64,000 bases of DNA from Paecilomyces variotii. Lineage: Eukaryota. Positions 13,637 through 26,414 of this stretch are shown here, one piece after another. Below the pieces are notes generated by a model. It did no database searches, was not told where the DNA came from, and saw only the letters and a list, made by a program, of their open reading frames with translations. The first letter of the stretch is position 1. Every line of letters starts with the position of its first letter. The position numbers and the translations under genes were made by a program. The stretch lies in NCBI GenBank assembly GCA_004022145.1, contig RCNU01000002.1; one strand, 5' to 3'.

Positions 13637-14607
13637 CTACCTCTTTCGTCTCTTTGCTAGTAAGTTCTTATAGTAAGACTTCTTACCACTGGTCTTGGCG
13701 GCTTGAATGTCTCTGTACTTAGCTGTGAAACGCCCAGACTGTCGTTCCGCAGCCATAGCCTCGCCAACGAAAGTTCTCTTGCGCTCTTTCTTTGGTATTC
13801 GGGAACTAAGGAACTCAGTAGGACCTTCAACAACTGTTCCCACTTGAGAGAACTTTGGAATGCCGCCCTCATCGACCCCCTTTTTGTAATGCCTTTTAGG
13901 GTCCAGTACCGAACGCATGCGAATCATTTGTAGATCTCTTTTCAGCTCCGGTGTTAAATTTGTCTTCGGAAGATCGAACCAGTCGCTTCCTGCAGTCTGT
14001 TTATCCTGATGTATACGTCAGCAGACATTCAGTGCTATATAGGCGACGTCATAAAGAAAGTATCGAAAAGATAATGATCGTTAATGCTCAGAGTAACTAT
14101 GAATAAATAATGAACTCTCATGGAAGCAGGTCAACCCAATACGGGCTGATGTGACTGCATCGAGGGCTAGATGGGATAATTTTCCTCATGGCAATCCAGG
14201 TAACAACGTGGCAGGAAGAGGATGTACTAACCTTCTTGATCTGGCTGTTCGCCGTGATCCTCTCTACTGGATACACAGTCTCCGCCTGCTGTTTCTGGGC
14301 GCGGTCAATGATTCGCGACGTGTCAACGGTAGCGATTTCATCTCGCTGCTGTACATAGGGTGACGAAGTTTGACAAGAGTCCAATTTGAGAATACTAGAG
14401 TTTGGGGTCTGTGTAAGCTCGTGAGCTTCCCATGGAAGATGGAGCGGCAGGATTTTACCTTGACCAGGTGGGTTGCGAGGCACCATTGCCTACAGGGGTG
14501 ACTCCATTAACCGTAGCCTGCGCATTTCGCAGTCTAGTCTCTGCTTGTGAGAGCAACTGCTCAATGTCCTCATCCGTTAAGACATTTGTTTGGTCCTGCT
14601 TCTCCAT
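13637..14607 (-). CDS. FCF2: rRNA-processing protein Fcf2 (introns 14395-14458, 14006-14231)
   Basis: TAGSDWFDLPKT..KRDLQMIRMRSVLDPKRHYKK...QVGTVVEGPTEFLSSRI Fcf2 domain. Confidence 0.9.
14085..14193 (-). ncRNA. snR63: Intronic box C/D snoRNA, snR63/SNORD46-type (predicted guide for the LSU rRNA Am2256-equivalent)
   Basis: Minus strand: box C AUGAGGA (14189-14183), box D CUGA (14091-14088), short terminal stem UGC/GCA and an internal hairpin. The 11-nt guide UCAUAGUUACU is complementary to conserved H69 AGUAACUAUGA. Confidence 0.85.
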
Positions 14608-15122
14608 GCTGGAGGGCAAATGGAAGGTAGAGCTCGCCAGCGTTCGCAAGCTCTCTCAAATCGAATCAGTAGACAAGGCAGTATGTATGTACTCTGGACG
14701 GCCACCAAGAGTGGTTGGCACTATTTGAACAGTTGAGACAGTGACATTTACCCAGCAGTGAAATGATAGCTGCACAGAATATTTTGCGTGATGGAGGAAA
14801 ATAAATTAAGAGTAGAATTTTCTTAGTCTGTGGGCCAATGTGATCTCAACAGGGAATGATCGATTAGTCATGAGGTTATCCCAAAATGGTTAGTTAGAAT
14901 TATTACGGCAGAATAGCTCAGTATTCTATGTACACCGCCTTTGAAAACAACACTGCAATTGTTCAACCTGCGTATAGTACTCTCTACACACCAAGGGTTG
15001 CCAACTCCAGCTGTGAGCGTCGTTCTTTTTTGTGTCTCCTGGAATATTGCATCTGCATCTACATCACTTCTTCACTTGCTATCAGCTACCTTCGATGCTC
15101 GTGGTCATCTCACTTTGCAGCG

Positions 15123-18100
15123 ATGTTTGCGCCTGATGCGACTGTACGCTCAGCGGTCTCGTCATTAAGAAATCCTCGGAGACGGCAAAGGACAAACTCG
15201 GATGACTCTGTAAAGCTCCCGAAAGCCAAAAGGCAGCGATCGGCTCTCGGAGAAGATACTTTTGAGCCTCACCCCTTTACGGCGTCGGAGCAAGAGTCTT
15301 CTGTCGATGCTGATCCAAACGCCTATAAAGCAGGGTTTGTTGTCCAGAAAGATCTTGCGCTCAGAGGTCCAAAAAGACCAGAGAAGAGGAGTGATGCGGA
15401 TGGGATAGTGATACTTGTGAGGAAATCCTTCCAACGCAGTCTGTTGAAACGGGTGAAATGGTTTGGGATCTAACCCATCTTACACTGCAGTCTAAAACAG
15501 ACCACTACACCGTTTCCCAGCTACCTTCGCTTCCCGACCAATTACGCGTAGCCGACTCAGGTAAGATGCGTTCTCTATATGCAGTCCTCGCTAGATACTT
15601 ACCTGTTACAGTTCCTCCAGGGAGCTTCTTCACTGTTGAACAGGGCTATGCACTGGTCTTAACACCGTCACACGCTATCATTTGGCCATATGCAGTACCG
15701 TCATCTTCACCTTCGCCTAGTGATATCTTTACTCTCACAATCCCAGAGTCTAGTGGGAGTCCGGCCGGTGCTACCCCATGTGGAGTCCTCATACCGAATG
15801 CGACCGTCGCTCCCCCAGGTCTTCTGGTAGTCATACCTGGAACTGGGAAAATAATCTACTGGGAGACAGTTTCGAATGCAGTAGTCCTGGGTTTAGTGAG
15901 GCAGAAACAAAATGGGATTCAGACCTCGATCTCTGGAATGCTTCCGGGAGAATATGCCAAAGAGATCATAAATGCAGAACCTTCTGGGGTTATTGTCACG
16001 TTCTCATCCGGGAGGGTGGCACACGTTACCCTGAGAGATCCTCAGGGAAAGGCAGCCTTGACTGTGAATTTTCTCCGCAGCACTTCCAAGCTCGGCGGCA
16101 GTGGATTTCTCGGAGGGATCAAAAGTGTTCTCACTGGTGGGCTGTGGAAAAGGGACATCGCCGCCGCAAGACCCGCTAAATCATCGCAACGAGGCCAACG
16201 GGATATCGTTATTGCGACTTCCACTGGTATTTTTGAGATATGGGACACCCATTGGAACAATGGGAGCACAATGAAGGCGGAAGTAGACCTCAGGCGTACC
16301 ATATGCGAGGCTACTACGAACACTCTAGATGCTGGGTTTGAGAACGGTCTTAAAATCCTGGATTTTGTCTGCGCGCCTAAACAAGATGGGTTGGATCATG
16401 TACCTAACCCGGACACGGATCCCTCCGTATCCGTCTTCGCCCTTGTCGTCCATGCACAGCAACATGAAGTCCCGACATTGGCCGTTCTCAAAATCGATAT
16501 ATCTGGTAACGATGGACGAGTGGTCTCGGCGCACCATGTCGAGCCGCGCAATATACCACCCCACTTTGGGAAATCGAAGGCGAAGCTACATATTCCGAAG
16601 TTGGGAGATACGGCTTTTATTGTTTTGGAACGTTCTGTGATTGTGCTTTCACTCATTCCAGTTCGAGAATCACCATCGTCTCAGTTACTGATGGAGTCCC
16701 GCCATATGTCCGGTTATTTCCAAGACTGCATTCAACTCAGAGCCGATAAACAGGAGGAAGTCCTTGGGACCAGTGTTGAAGAGCAAAGCGACAATCGAGT
16801 GTATCCTGCCTGCTTGGTGATGCTCCGCGGTTTCGGTATCATTCGCATTGCAGCATCACCTCATACTGGATCAGACAATGTTCTAGAAAAGGTACAGATG
16901 ACTGCGAAAGATAAGCTTGAACAAGCCATTTTCTACGGTGCAATGTCGGAGAACCCTTTGGACTTCCTGAGCGAGAACTGGTTGAACTTTCCAGCAGAGG
17001 AGCTTGAAGAAGCCGCATTGGATATCTGCGACGAATTGTTGCGATCGACCTCGAGGTTTATATCTGCAGCAGCAGTGTCCATCGAACAGCACTTGAGTGT
17101 TCGAGCGAAAGCGCTCGATGACTTGGTCTTCCATCTCATACGGCACGGTGTGCCATTATCAAGGCTAACCCGTTGGCATCTGCTGTGGGCGGCTGAGAAA
17201 CTAGCTTCCCAAAGAGCTCTTTGGAAAGTGGAAGAGCGGTTCAGGAAAAGCAAGAATGGGAAACCGACCTATTTGAATCGTGTGGTCGAGTTGATGAATG
17301 AGAAGTTCAAGACCAGGTCCGAAGTAGCGAGTGACAGAAATGATAGTGTACGACATTGGTTCATATATGATACCTTCCGGATGGAACACATCATTCCATG
17401 GCTCTTCAACGCGATCAGGGATCATAAAGGCGGTGCTTCAAAGCAAGGCCAACAATTTGCCGATCAGGTTCTCGAGGCAAGCGAGCTTTCTCTCGCTGCC
17501 TTGGAGACCGCTTTCCGTTTCAGAGAAGAACATTTTGGTGCATACGGCCTTGGAGAAGAATCATTGGAGGATGGCATATTGCTCTCCGGGTATGAGGATC
17601 TGCCTGAATTCTGGACCTCACATGGAATGGGGTATATCGAAACAAGCCATCTTCTGGATCTGGAGCTCGATAGCTGTAGATCTTGGTTGCAACGACAGGT
17701 CTCAAGGGGGGAGCCGACGGACCCCATGACTGTGGAAAAAGTCGCACATAATAGCTTCCGCCAACTTCGCGTATTTGGTAAGATGCATCGTGAACGAGTT
17801 CGATGGCTCTCTGCACAGAGCGACCCGAAATTGGTTGACGAAAGTAAGAACATCGAGAACAACCATATCAGACAACGAAAATGGCAGCTTTTCAAATTGG
17901 CTGGAATCGGCCAGTTGAAGGAAGCTATGTCTCTGGCTGAAGAGTTTCAGGACATGAGTGCCCTCGTGGAGCTCATAGTTGAACTCCAAGATCAGGCCAA
18001 AGCAGACAACCTACGAAAAGGCGAATCGAGTGATGAAACACGCAACGAAGGTTTGGAACAGTGTAAACGCAAGATTACGGAATATTTCGAGAGATTTGGT

Positions 18101-19303
18101 GGACATTGGGCAGATGCGTTCTTCTCTCGGCAGATATCTGTTGGACAACCAGGGATGCTGCTAGCAATGTCCGAGTATCGACCTTATGTTACGCGTTTTC
18201 TCCGCAAAGTCCCCGCGTACCGTCGCCTATCCTGGATCAACGATGTTACTGGGGAGACAGACTATGACACTGCGTCATCGTCGTTAGAAAAGTTAGCCTT
18301 GGAGGATGAGTCTGACGTTTGGAGCCAACGCGCAGAATTATCCATAGCTAAGCTTTGCCGCCTGGCTGCATGGGAAAAGAGCGCTAACTTTGACCACTCT
18401 GTTGCCCGGGAAGAAATCAGACGCTTTGATGCTCGTGCTGAAATAAATACGATTCAAGAGTTAGTGTACGATCACATCTCGCCCGCGCTTCACGGCGCCA
18501 TTGACCAAAAAGCTGAAATCGAGTTGGCTGTGGAACACTTTGGAGGCTACCTTGAGAAGGACCGACCAGCTTTTCATGAAGTTCTTGAGGTCACTCTTGC
18601 GAAGGTAGTGGCTCGAGAAGTATTAAATGTCGACCAGCTGATCGATTTGCTAACTTTGATGGATGACGTGCAATTCCTTGAGGGCGAGCATGATGAACTT
18701 TCGGGACGGGAGTTTTACTTTGCTCTTCACGCACTCCAGCTGAGCGGATATGCTAAAACAGACCCTGAGCTCTATGACTTTCTGCAAAAACTAATCTGGC
18801 GTCGATGTATGATTCGAGACAATTGGGAGGCATTGGGAAATACAGGGCAGAAACTGGATAAGGAAGTTGAAGCAGAAGTCTCCAACACTGCTCTATTTCG
18901 AACATTGACAGAATGTCTTGCTGAAGGTGAGCTTCATCTATATCGACACTGTTAACTTCACTTCTAACACTCAGCAGAACGCCTGGGTCGTCCAAACAAT
19001 GAACCCATATGCGGCTTGCATTCGCCTTCAGAAATTCTGAAATGGACGCCGGATCCCGCCATCGTTAAGACGAGATTTCACCCAGACCAAGGAACTCGCA
19101 TACTGCGGGATCTGAGTGTGGAAGCAGAACTCCTGCGTCAGTACGTCGAGAAAGGGAAGCTCGAGCTCTGGTTTAGTGAGCTTCTGGCATCAGCGAAATC
19201 TGAAGTATCCAAGAGTACTATTGAAGAAGACACAGGAAGCAATCATGATCCTTCCATAACGCCTTCCACTTCAGAGAAGAGGGCGAAACTGAATTGGCTT
19301 TGA
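15123..19303 (+). CDS. NUP133: Nucleoporin Nup133
   Basis: ~1300 aa: N-terminal propeller with GKIIYWETV and GVIVTFSSGR, alpha-solenoid with SLAEEFQDMSALVEL, LSWINDV, ELSIAKL, LIDLLTLM; 3 introns. Confidence 0.9.
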
Positions 19304-19857
19304 TGTCAGGCTTGAGTCTTGGTGCTGAGAGGGTTTTGTCTGTCTTTTTCTCTTCTGCTTTTTGTACTTCATACGCACTGGGAAGGGGGAGGGTTTGCAA
19401 AGGATCGGATCTTTTCTCGTGTCGAGCAGTGCTTAGTGGCTCGTTGCATGCCGGGATTATTAAATCGCTGAATAGCAGTAGTCAGTTAGCAGTAGACCAT
19501 TGGTAATTGTCCACAGTTTTACATGGATGCAACTATTAGAGTTGGGTAATGTTAATATAGTAGTATGATTAATAAGACAGGATTATTAATTTTTATATAG
19601 TTGATTATTATATTGTTAGAATCTAGACTACGGAGACCACTAAAGTCATGTGACCGTCCACATGACTTCTCGGGATGTTGAACTGCCCGACTGTACCTGT
19701 GTAAGGTGCCTGTATGCTTGTAAATCGCTCTACCTGTCTTTGGCAAACATGGCTAAACATTACTCATGTTCATCATGTCTAACACACTGACTATTCTGAT
19801 ATACGCCTCCTTCTGCCGCCCTACTGATCCTGGGTATCTGTACAAGTCGATTTAAGG

Positions 19858-21101
19858 ATGTCGGCGGTCCGGCTAAGACACCGGATACAATTCACACAAG
19901 CAGTTAACCGGTCGTGGGCTTCAACGTGGAGAATCAGTCGACTGCCAACTGTATCGTACTACTCTCAATGTGCGAGAAAGGATTTGCGCACAGCCCTGTT
20001 CTTTCCTGGTTGGGCCCCTTTCGATGCTCAAAAGGTGCTTAATGCTAACACTCGGCAGGCCATGGAGTCCAGCGCGTCGGCATGGCTACTCCCTGGGTCG
20101 AGCAGTTCCCGCGAACTGCACGACCCTTCATGGATGAAATTGACGGCATACTGGGGTTTTCTCTATCCCGTATAATATCCGACGGCCCAAATTCGAAACT
20201 AAATGAGACGGAGAACTCACAGCCTGCGATAATGGCCACGTCGATATTGATACTGCGTATACTGGAAAAAGAGTTCGGTTTTGACACAAGAAACCGTGTT
20301 GACGTGACTCTTGGGCACAGCCTTGGTGAATATGCCGCTTTAGTTGCCGGTGGTTACATCGAATTGCAACCAGCCCTCAAAATGGTCCGAGGTCGCGCGG
20401 AGGTGATGGCTCAATGCACCCATGATGCTTCGAGGCAGACTGGTGAAGACTATGGAATGGTTGCTTTGGTGTGTGAGCCAGAGCATCTTGATGGATTGAT
20501 ATCGACAATCCAGGAGTTCTTGGGCTCTAGCTCCTCTGGTTCAAAGGATGACTCGAGCTACGAACTACCGTCTATCCAGCAAGTTATGATTGCGAATATT
20601 AACTCTAAAAACCAAATTGTGCTTAGCGGAAGTATTGACCGGATCAAGACGCTCCTCGTCCAACTTCGCCAATTTGGAGGCCACGATCCCCGTGCTGTGA
20701 GACTTAAAAGTGACAGTCCCTTTCACAGTCCTATTATGGCACCCGCGGCACATTATATGAAGAATGCACTCGAGCATGCCACTGTTGCATTCCCAGCGGC
20801 AGTGCCATGCATATCTAATGTCACTGCTCTTCCATTCCGGTCACGAGAAGAACTCAAGGATTTACTATCGCGACAGTGCATCGAAACTGTTAGGTGGTGG
20901 GATAGTATTAAATATCTAGACCAAGATTGTGGCGTGAGGCGGTGGATCGGCATAGGACCGGGTAAAGTCGGCCGTAATTTGGTCGGAAAGGAGGTTGGGA
21001 GAGTCATGGCCAAGGGCGGAGGCGTCTGGGGAATATCCGATCCGAGAGAGGTCGAGGACATTATGCTGGCTCTTGAACAGACCGAGCTTACAGATTCATG
21101 A
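19858..21101 (+). CDS. MCT1: Mitochondrial malonyl-CoA:ACP transacylase
   Basis: FFPG|HGVQRVGM, SQPAI, GHSLGEY catalytic serine, PFHS; presequence; 1 intron. Confidence 0.92.
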
Positions 21102-21190
21102 CTACACCGTAGCTCTCACAGCACACGGAAATCACATGATACGATGGCCGCCGTCCTATGGAGTCACCGAGTCACGAAGGACATCCCTTT

Positions 21191-23290
21191 TCAGTCTTTG
21201 TTAGGACGTTGCCCTGCATGGTCTATACCTTCAGTGCCCTGTCCCCATCTTCCAGCCTTTTTACCCCATTTTATCATACCCCAAGCGTGTACCCAGCTGA
21301 AGCTTGGAGCGCTAGGACGGTCTTGGCTCTCACCACGGAGGTCCGTTCCACTTTGTGAAGCATCGACCAGATATCTATCTGACTTGGAGATTGGTGACTC
21401 CCAATGTCTATGTTGATCCTTCAGAGGCATCCACCACTCGGAAGTTGACTTACTCCACCAACGAGAGCTAGTCATCTCCCAGATTCTGCTTTGTGCTCGT
21501 CTAAAGGCGAATTTCTCATCCTCCCCGATGTAGAGCCTGGGCCGCGTGAAATCAAGACCGTCTCGGTTTTCCACAGTGCGCACATGTGTTTCTGACTGTG
21601 TCTCATGACCCGGACTCGTCGATTCTGATGAAGATAGACTCGCTTTACCGCCTGTTGACCTGATCGGTGAAGCCTTATATTCTACCGAGGGGCCTTCTTT
21701 CTCATCATAGGATGCAATGTTGGGACGGAAAGGGAAGTTCATGTCTTGGTATATTTCCGACAGACTCTCTTGCCAAATGTTGTCGTCATCCCGGTCTTCT
21801 TTGGATTCATTTGCTTGGTCACGATTGTTCTCTGGGAAGAACAGATCGTCAATATGTGCACTCGCCCGGATAAGCAATCGACAGCGCGCTTCATAGAGAG
21901 CATCCAGCAAGGTGATAAACCTTCTTGCTTCGTTTCGATGGTCAGATGACAATGATGGCACATTATCGAGAATTAACGTGTGGTAAGATGCCGCGAGAGA
22001 TATATAGTCTGCTGGGCCAAGATTTGAGCCGCAAAGCTCCGCGAAGTCCCACATCATTATCCCAGCCTGCTGTTTTGGAATATGAAGTTCTCTCCCGTAT
22101 ACTGTCATTTGGCTTCTCTGCCATTGTTCCGAAGTTCCACCCGCTTCAGAGAGAACAATACCGATTACATGTTCCCACAACTTGTGTTCTTCACCGGCAC
22201 TTGATTTCTGTTGGCCGGATGGGATGAAGTAGTAGGTAGGCGTATCGGTCCAGTATAAATCTGTCTTTGATCTATATTCTCGCACAGCTGTGTCCCGCTT
22301 GATAGTAGAGTCTGTGTTCACAGTGGGATCATCATGTGACAACTGTAGATGGATAGGACCATTATCATCTTCTCTCCTCCAGTCTTTACAACCTTCCATT
22401 TCCAAAGTATGGCATCTCAATCTGAGGATTTCCAAGAAAAGAGGCGTGTCATTTGATTTCGCAGCCTCGTTTGTGTCGATGGTTGAACCAGAGTCTGGTA
22501 TCGAAGCACCCATTTGTGTAGCCCCGTCTTTCATACGTTGAAAAGACCGGAACCCCCTTCCAGACGCTCTAGCTAGATCCTCGGGCATTCTATTGCTGGT
22601 TGCTATGATGACACCACCCATCTGGAAAAATCCCAGAAGGAGCGAGTACAAAATCCTCGACGAGGCCCTATCCGGAAGTTGGAATTCATCCAGAAAAATA
22701 ATAGGCGTAGTCGATGCTAGATGCCGAGCCAGGGTGAAGACCGAGTTCTCCTCATAAGGATCACGAAATGGAGTCGGAGGCGGTGACTGCAGTCGCTGCT
22801 TTTCCAGTTCCCTGATAATTTCCAGCATAAAATTGTTGAAATGCCACCTTCTTTTCCGCTCAGTAGGTAGTGAATTGGCGAGCAAATCAACGAGCATCGT
22901 CTTCCCCGTGCCGACTTCTCCATGCAATAATAGACCCTTGGGAGACCTGACATTGTACACAGACTCGAGGTCACTCTTTGTCAGAGTAAGGTCCAACGAT
23001 GGGCCTTCGCGCTGCCGGCCTGACCAGAAGGATCTCCATGACCGTATCGACTTGACTTCCGCACCCGGGCGTTGTGACTTCCCTATGATCCGAGAAATGC
23101 TATCCAGACGGTCTCGGTACCCAAGATCTGGTTTGTAGTCTTTGAGCTCAAAGTAGAGCTTTTGCAAGTGGACGGCGACGCGAAGCTGAGCAGGATCGGG
23201 TTTCAGCTGTTTGGTGGCAACGAGTGTCCTATATTGTACCAGCGGATTTGTGATTGTCAAGCTTGTTGAGACTGGACCCGAGGCGGTCAT
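21191..23290 (-). CDS. AFG1: AFG1/ZapE-like mitochondrial AAA+ ATPase
   Basis: Walker A GEVGTGKT, Walker B FLDEFQ, ATSNR, LGPADY, ARRFITLLDALYE. The start may extend upstream via an extra exon (ATG 23467). Confidence 0.85.
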   Translation of the reverse strand: MTASGPVSTSLTITNPLVQYRTLVATKQLKPDPAQLRVAVHLQKLYFELKDYKPDLGYRDRLDSISRIIGKSQRPGAEVKSIRSWRSFWSGRQREGPSLDLTLTKSDLESVYNVRSPKGLLLHGEVGTGKTMLVDLLANSLPTERKRRWHFNNFMLEIIRELEKQRLQSPPPTPFRDPYEENSVFTLARHLASTTPIIFLDEFQLPDRASSRILYSLLLGFFQMGGVIIATSNRMPEDLARASGRGFRSFQRMKDGATQMGASIPDSGSTIDTNEAAKSNDTPLFLEILRLRCHTLEMEGCKDWRREDDNGPIHLQLSHDDPTVNTDSTIKRDTAVREYRSKTDLYWTDTPTYYFIPSGQQKSSAGEEHKLWEHVIGIVLSEAGGTSEQWQRSQMTVYGRELHIPKQQAGIMMWDFAELCGSNLGPADYISLAASYHTLILDNVPSLSSDHRNEARRFITLLDALYEARCRLLIRASAHIDDLFFPENNRDQANESKEDRDDDNIWQESLSEIYQDMNFPFRPNIASYDEKEGPSVEYKASPIRSTGGKASLSSSESTSPGHETQSETHVRTVENRDGLDFTRPRLYIGEDEKFAFRRAQSRIWEMTSSRWWSKSTSEWWMPLKDQHRHWESPISKSDRYLVDASQSGTDLRGESQDRPSAPSFSWVHAWGMIKWGKKAGRWGQGTEGIDHAGQRPNKD

Positions 23291-24058
23291 TGCTGGACCT
23301 CCGAAGAAAGCCGTAAACGTTGTTGGCCCTGATGCCGATTTCAAAATGATGGATATTCACAGGCAATGCGATCAATACTGATGCGGACGATATGTACAGT
23401 AGTAGTATGTACTCGATAAGGCAGTATTAACGGTGTTGGCGGGGTTGAGAGACGCAAGCTTGCGCATCCTGTCTACACTTGATGTACTCGCCTGTCCACG
23501 TGACAGATAAGCGGAAGTAAAGATAGAGCAATGCAATTGGAAACTTTTGCTGGAATAATGCATTGTATGTTATTTGTATGACAAATGACGCCTGAAAATC
23601 ATACTATCAAAATAAGCCATTACATGATTGCGCTTGTCCTTCTCGCATGCTTCGTTAAGTGTCCCAGGCAAGGATACTATATCATGTCAGGATCCCGAAG
23701 CCCCAGGAAAATAAAATCTCCATCTCGTCCAAGCTCATTAAGTGGAAATCAGACAGTGTACAGGGACGGTTGATGGACCCTGGCGGTCATATTCTAAAGC
23801 ACTTCACCGTGCACTTATGCCCCGTATTCGGGTGAAAGGGGCACACATGTATCCACCACATGTGTCAGTAAATCACAGGTGGATTGGTTACACCATAACC
23901 CAGAATAAAATGCCAAATATCCGCAGAGAAGAATACGCGTTTAGCAATATCCGGCGAATCGAGTCTGCGAACTCCACGAGGACCAATCTAAAATCTGTGT
24001 TGATGCGGCGTGTTGGATGAGTGATACTGGCCTTCATTGTTGCAATAGTGCCATATGT

Positions 24059-24710
24059 TCAGACCGTAGACATGCCGGGGGCCCAGGTATCACCAATGCG
24101 CTTGACTTCATCAGTGAATTTCCGTGTTACGGTGTGTCCGGAACCACTCTGCGGAAGTGTAGCTTTGACGATGGGGGGATCGTCACTGGGAGCATAGAAC
24201 GGGTTCTGCATCAGCTGGATGAATGCTGTCTGGAGAGCTCGGAATGCCTGATGGAGATTATTAGCCATCCCCTCACAAATAAGCCGGTTGTACTCACCGG
24301 CTTCAGATCTGAGTCTCGAAGACCAGTCGTGGCGCTGCCCTTGCGCTTCTCTTGGTCCGATGACGGCACTCTGCCTACTGTGTCGACTACGATCAGGAAC
24401 TTTAGACCGGTGGTGGTCAACCATCCATAAGCTGCGAGTCTTTCATCGATAGCATGCAGAAGACCAAGATCTTGATCCACTGAGGTATGTTTCCGCCTAA
24501 TCTGAATTATATCTAGGCAAGAATTGAGCAGGAACGAGAACTCCACGCGCGCGTCCTGGTAAGGTGGGAAGAGCGAGATATGCACGGGGTCATCCTTCGG
24601 CCCTGTTAGCGAGATGGCAAGATGAAGCGTCGAGCGACCTGGTACGAGTTACAATATCTGCGTACATTCTTTCCGATGACCCCGATGCAAGCAATTGAAG
24701 GGACCGCCAT
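24059..24710 (-). CDS. Sedlin/TRAPPC2L (Tca17-like) TRAPP complex small subunit
   Basis: MAVPSIACIGVIGKN|DDPVHI, NSCLDI, DLGLLHAIDERLAAYGWLTTTGLKFLIVVD, LMQNPFY longin-fold pattern; 2 coding introns. Confidence 0.82.
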
Positions 24711-25171
24711 TCGAGAGATTCGCTGGCGATATCAGCTGTGTCTAGAGCATATGTGGATGGAACAATAGTCAGTCTTAGTCGGAGTTCTTTCGTGTTGAGT
24801 GACGGCGGGAGCTGCCCGGTTGACCAGAAGTGTCCGCCAATCATAACGCATACAATTCATTTGCAATCATGTTTCTCGTCATTACCGCAAATTTGACTAC
24901 TCTCGGTTAAATAAACCAACCAGGACTCATATAGTAATGAAGGCTAACCATATACGGTTATTATCAGTAATTTAAGTACGACAAATACTACGTTTTCATT
25001 CGAGTTGAGCCGCAACGTCTTGGGTCCGGATCCTCACTACCCTGATGTCCGTTCCCCTCGTCCTGCTCGTGGCGACCGTTAACCATTGTCTTCTCGCACG
25101 CCTGGCAAGACCCTAGGAAGGTGCTAGTTCTTCTAGAAGGTCTCTGACAGAATCTGTCGCCATAATTAACC

Positions 25172-26023
25172 ATGTTGGCCGTCTCGCGTACGAGAGCGCT
25201 TGAGGCGTTGCGCGGTAGGCTTTTCATCATCGCTTGATCACAAATGAAACTGCTAACTTCCGAATAGTACAACCTTTCCTTGTCCCCTCTCTCGCGCGTG
25301 CCCAGCAAGTTGCATCAATTAGCACCTCCTCTACCAAATCTGCCAGCGCTGTGCAGCGCCATGACGGAGCCTCTACCCAGCTCACTGCCTCTGGCAAGGT
25401 CCGCAGAGAGGTCCCTCTGCCCAGCCAGGAGAAGAAGGAGGGTGCGATGCAATTCGCCTTGTAGGTACAATCGTCAGGTGTTTCCCTTATGGATGCTGAT
25501 GACCGGTATTAGGACGACCCTCGATCAAATTGCAAACTGGGCCCGTCAGAGCTCTCTCTGGCCGATGACATTCGGTCTGGCTTGCTGCGCCGTAGAGATG
25601 ATGCATCTCTCTACTCCTCGATACGATCAGGATCGCTTGGGTATCATTTTCAGAGCTTCTCCTCGTCAGTCAGATGTTATGATCGTCGCCGGTACATTGA
25701 CGAACAAGATGGCTCCCGCGCTACGACAAGTCTACGATCAGATGCCGGATCCGCGTTGGGTGGTTAGTATGGGCAGTTGCGCCAATGGTGGAGGTTACTA
25801 TCATTACAGTTATTCTGTCACCCGTGGCTGTGACCGGATAGTACCGGTCGATATTTATGTGCCTGGGTGTAAGTATTAATATTAAACCGTCCCCGAGGTT
25901 AAATGGTAACTGACAGAGTTATTTGCAGGCCCGCCCACTTCGGAGGCTCTCATGTACGGAATTTTCCAGCTTCAGAAGAAGATGAGACATACAAGGATCA
26001 CACGGATGTGGTACAGGAAGTAA
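25172..26023 (+). CDS. NDUFS7: NADH:ubiquinone oxidoreductase 20 kDa (PSST/NDUFS7) subunit
   Basis: [42 protein letters not shown], ends RMWYRK. Confidence 0.97.
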
Positions 26024-26414
26024 TTGTCTTGGCTAGGAACAGGTGCTTTAACCAAGAATAACGGATCGAGCCAGTGTGTGATCATCTTGTCGTTTCTCTT
26101 GTGTCCCATGATTAGATCTTTTGTCCATGCGACGGGGGAGTCTTATTCAGCATGGGTTGTCTCGGCCTAGTGGGCTATCTTAAAGTGTTCCTTTTGTATT
26201 TTTTGCCTATAGTTGTTCAATATATGAGAGTCGTCCGGTTCGCCTCAAAAGTAGGCGTCTCTGGAAAAGTGTAATACTAAAGTGCACAAGACTGAGGTGG
26301 CTTTCTTTACTAAATAAAGCTGTATGAATTACGAGATTCATCACTCGATATATTATTTATGAACGATGAGGATATCCACATCTCTTTCCAAATTCTGTCT
26401 ACTCTTAACGATTT

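Noticed and set aside
19858..21101. Acyltransferase domain as a sign of a PKS/secondary-metabolite cluster (also the COQ2 prenyltransferase)
   Set aside because: Both are stand-alone primary-metabolism enzymes with mitochondrial presequences; there is no KS, NRPS, terpene cyclase or tailoring cluster in the window.
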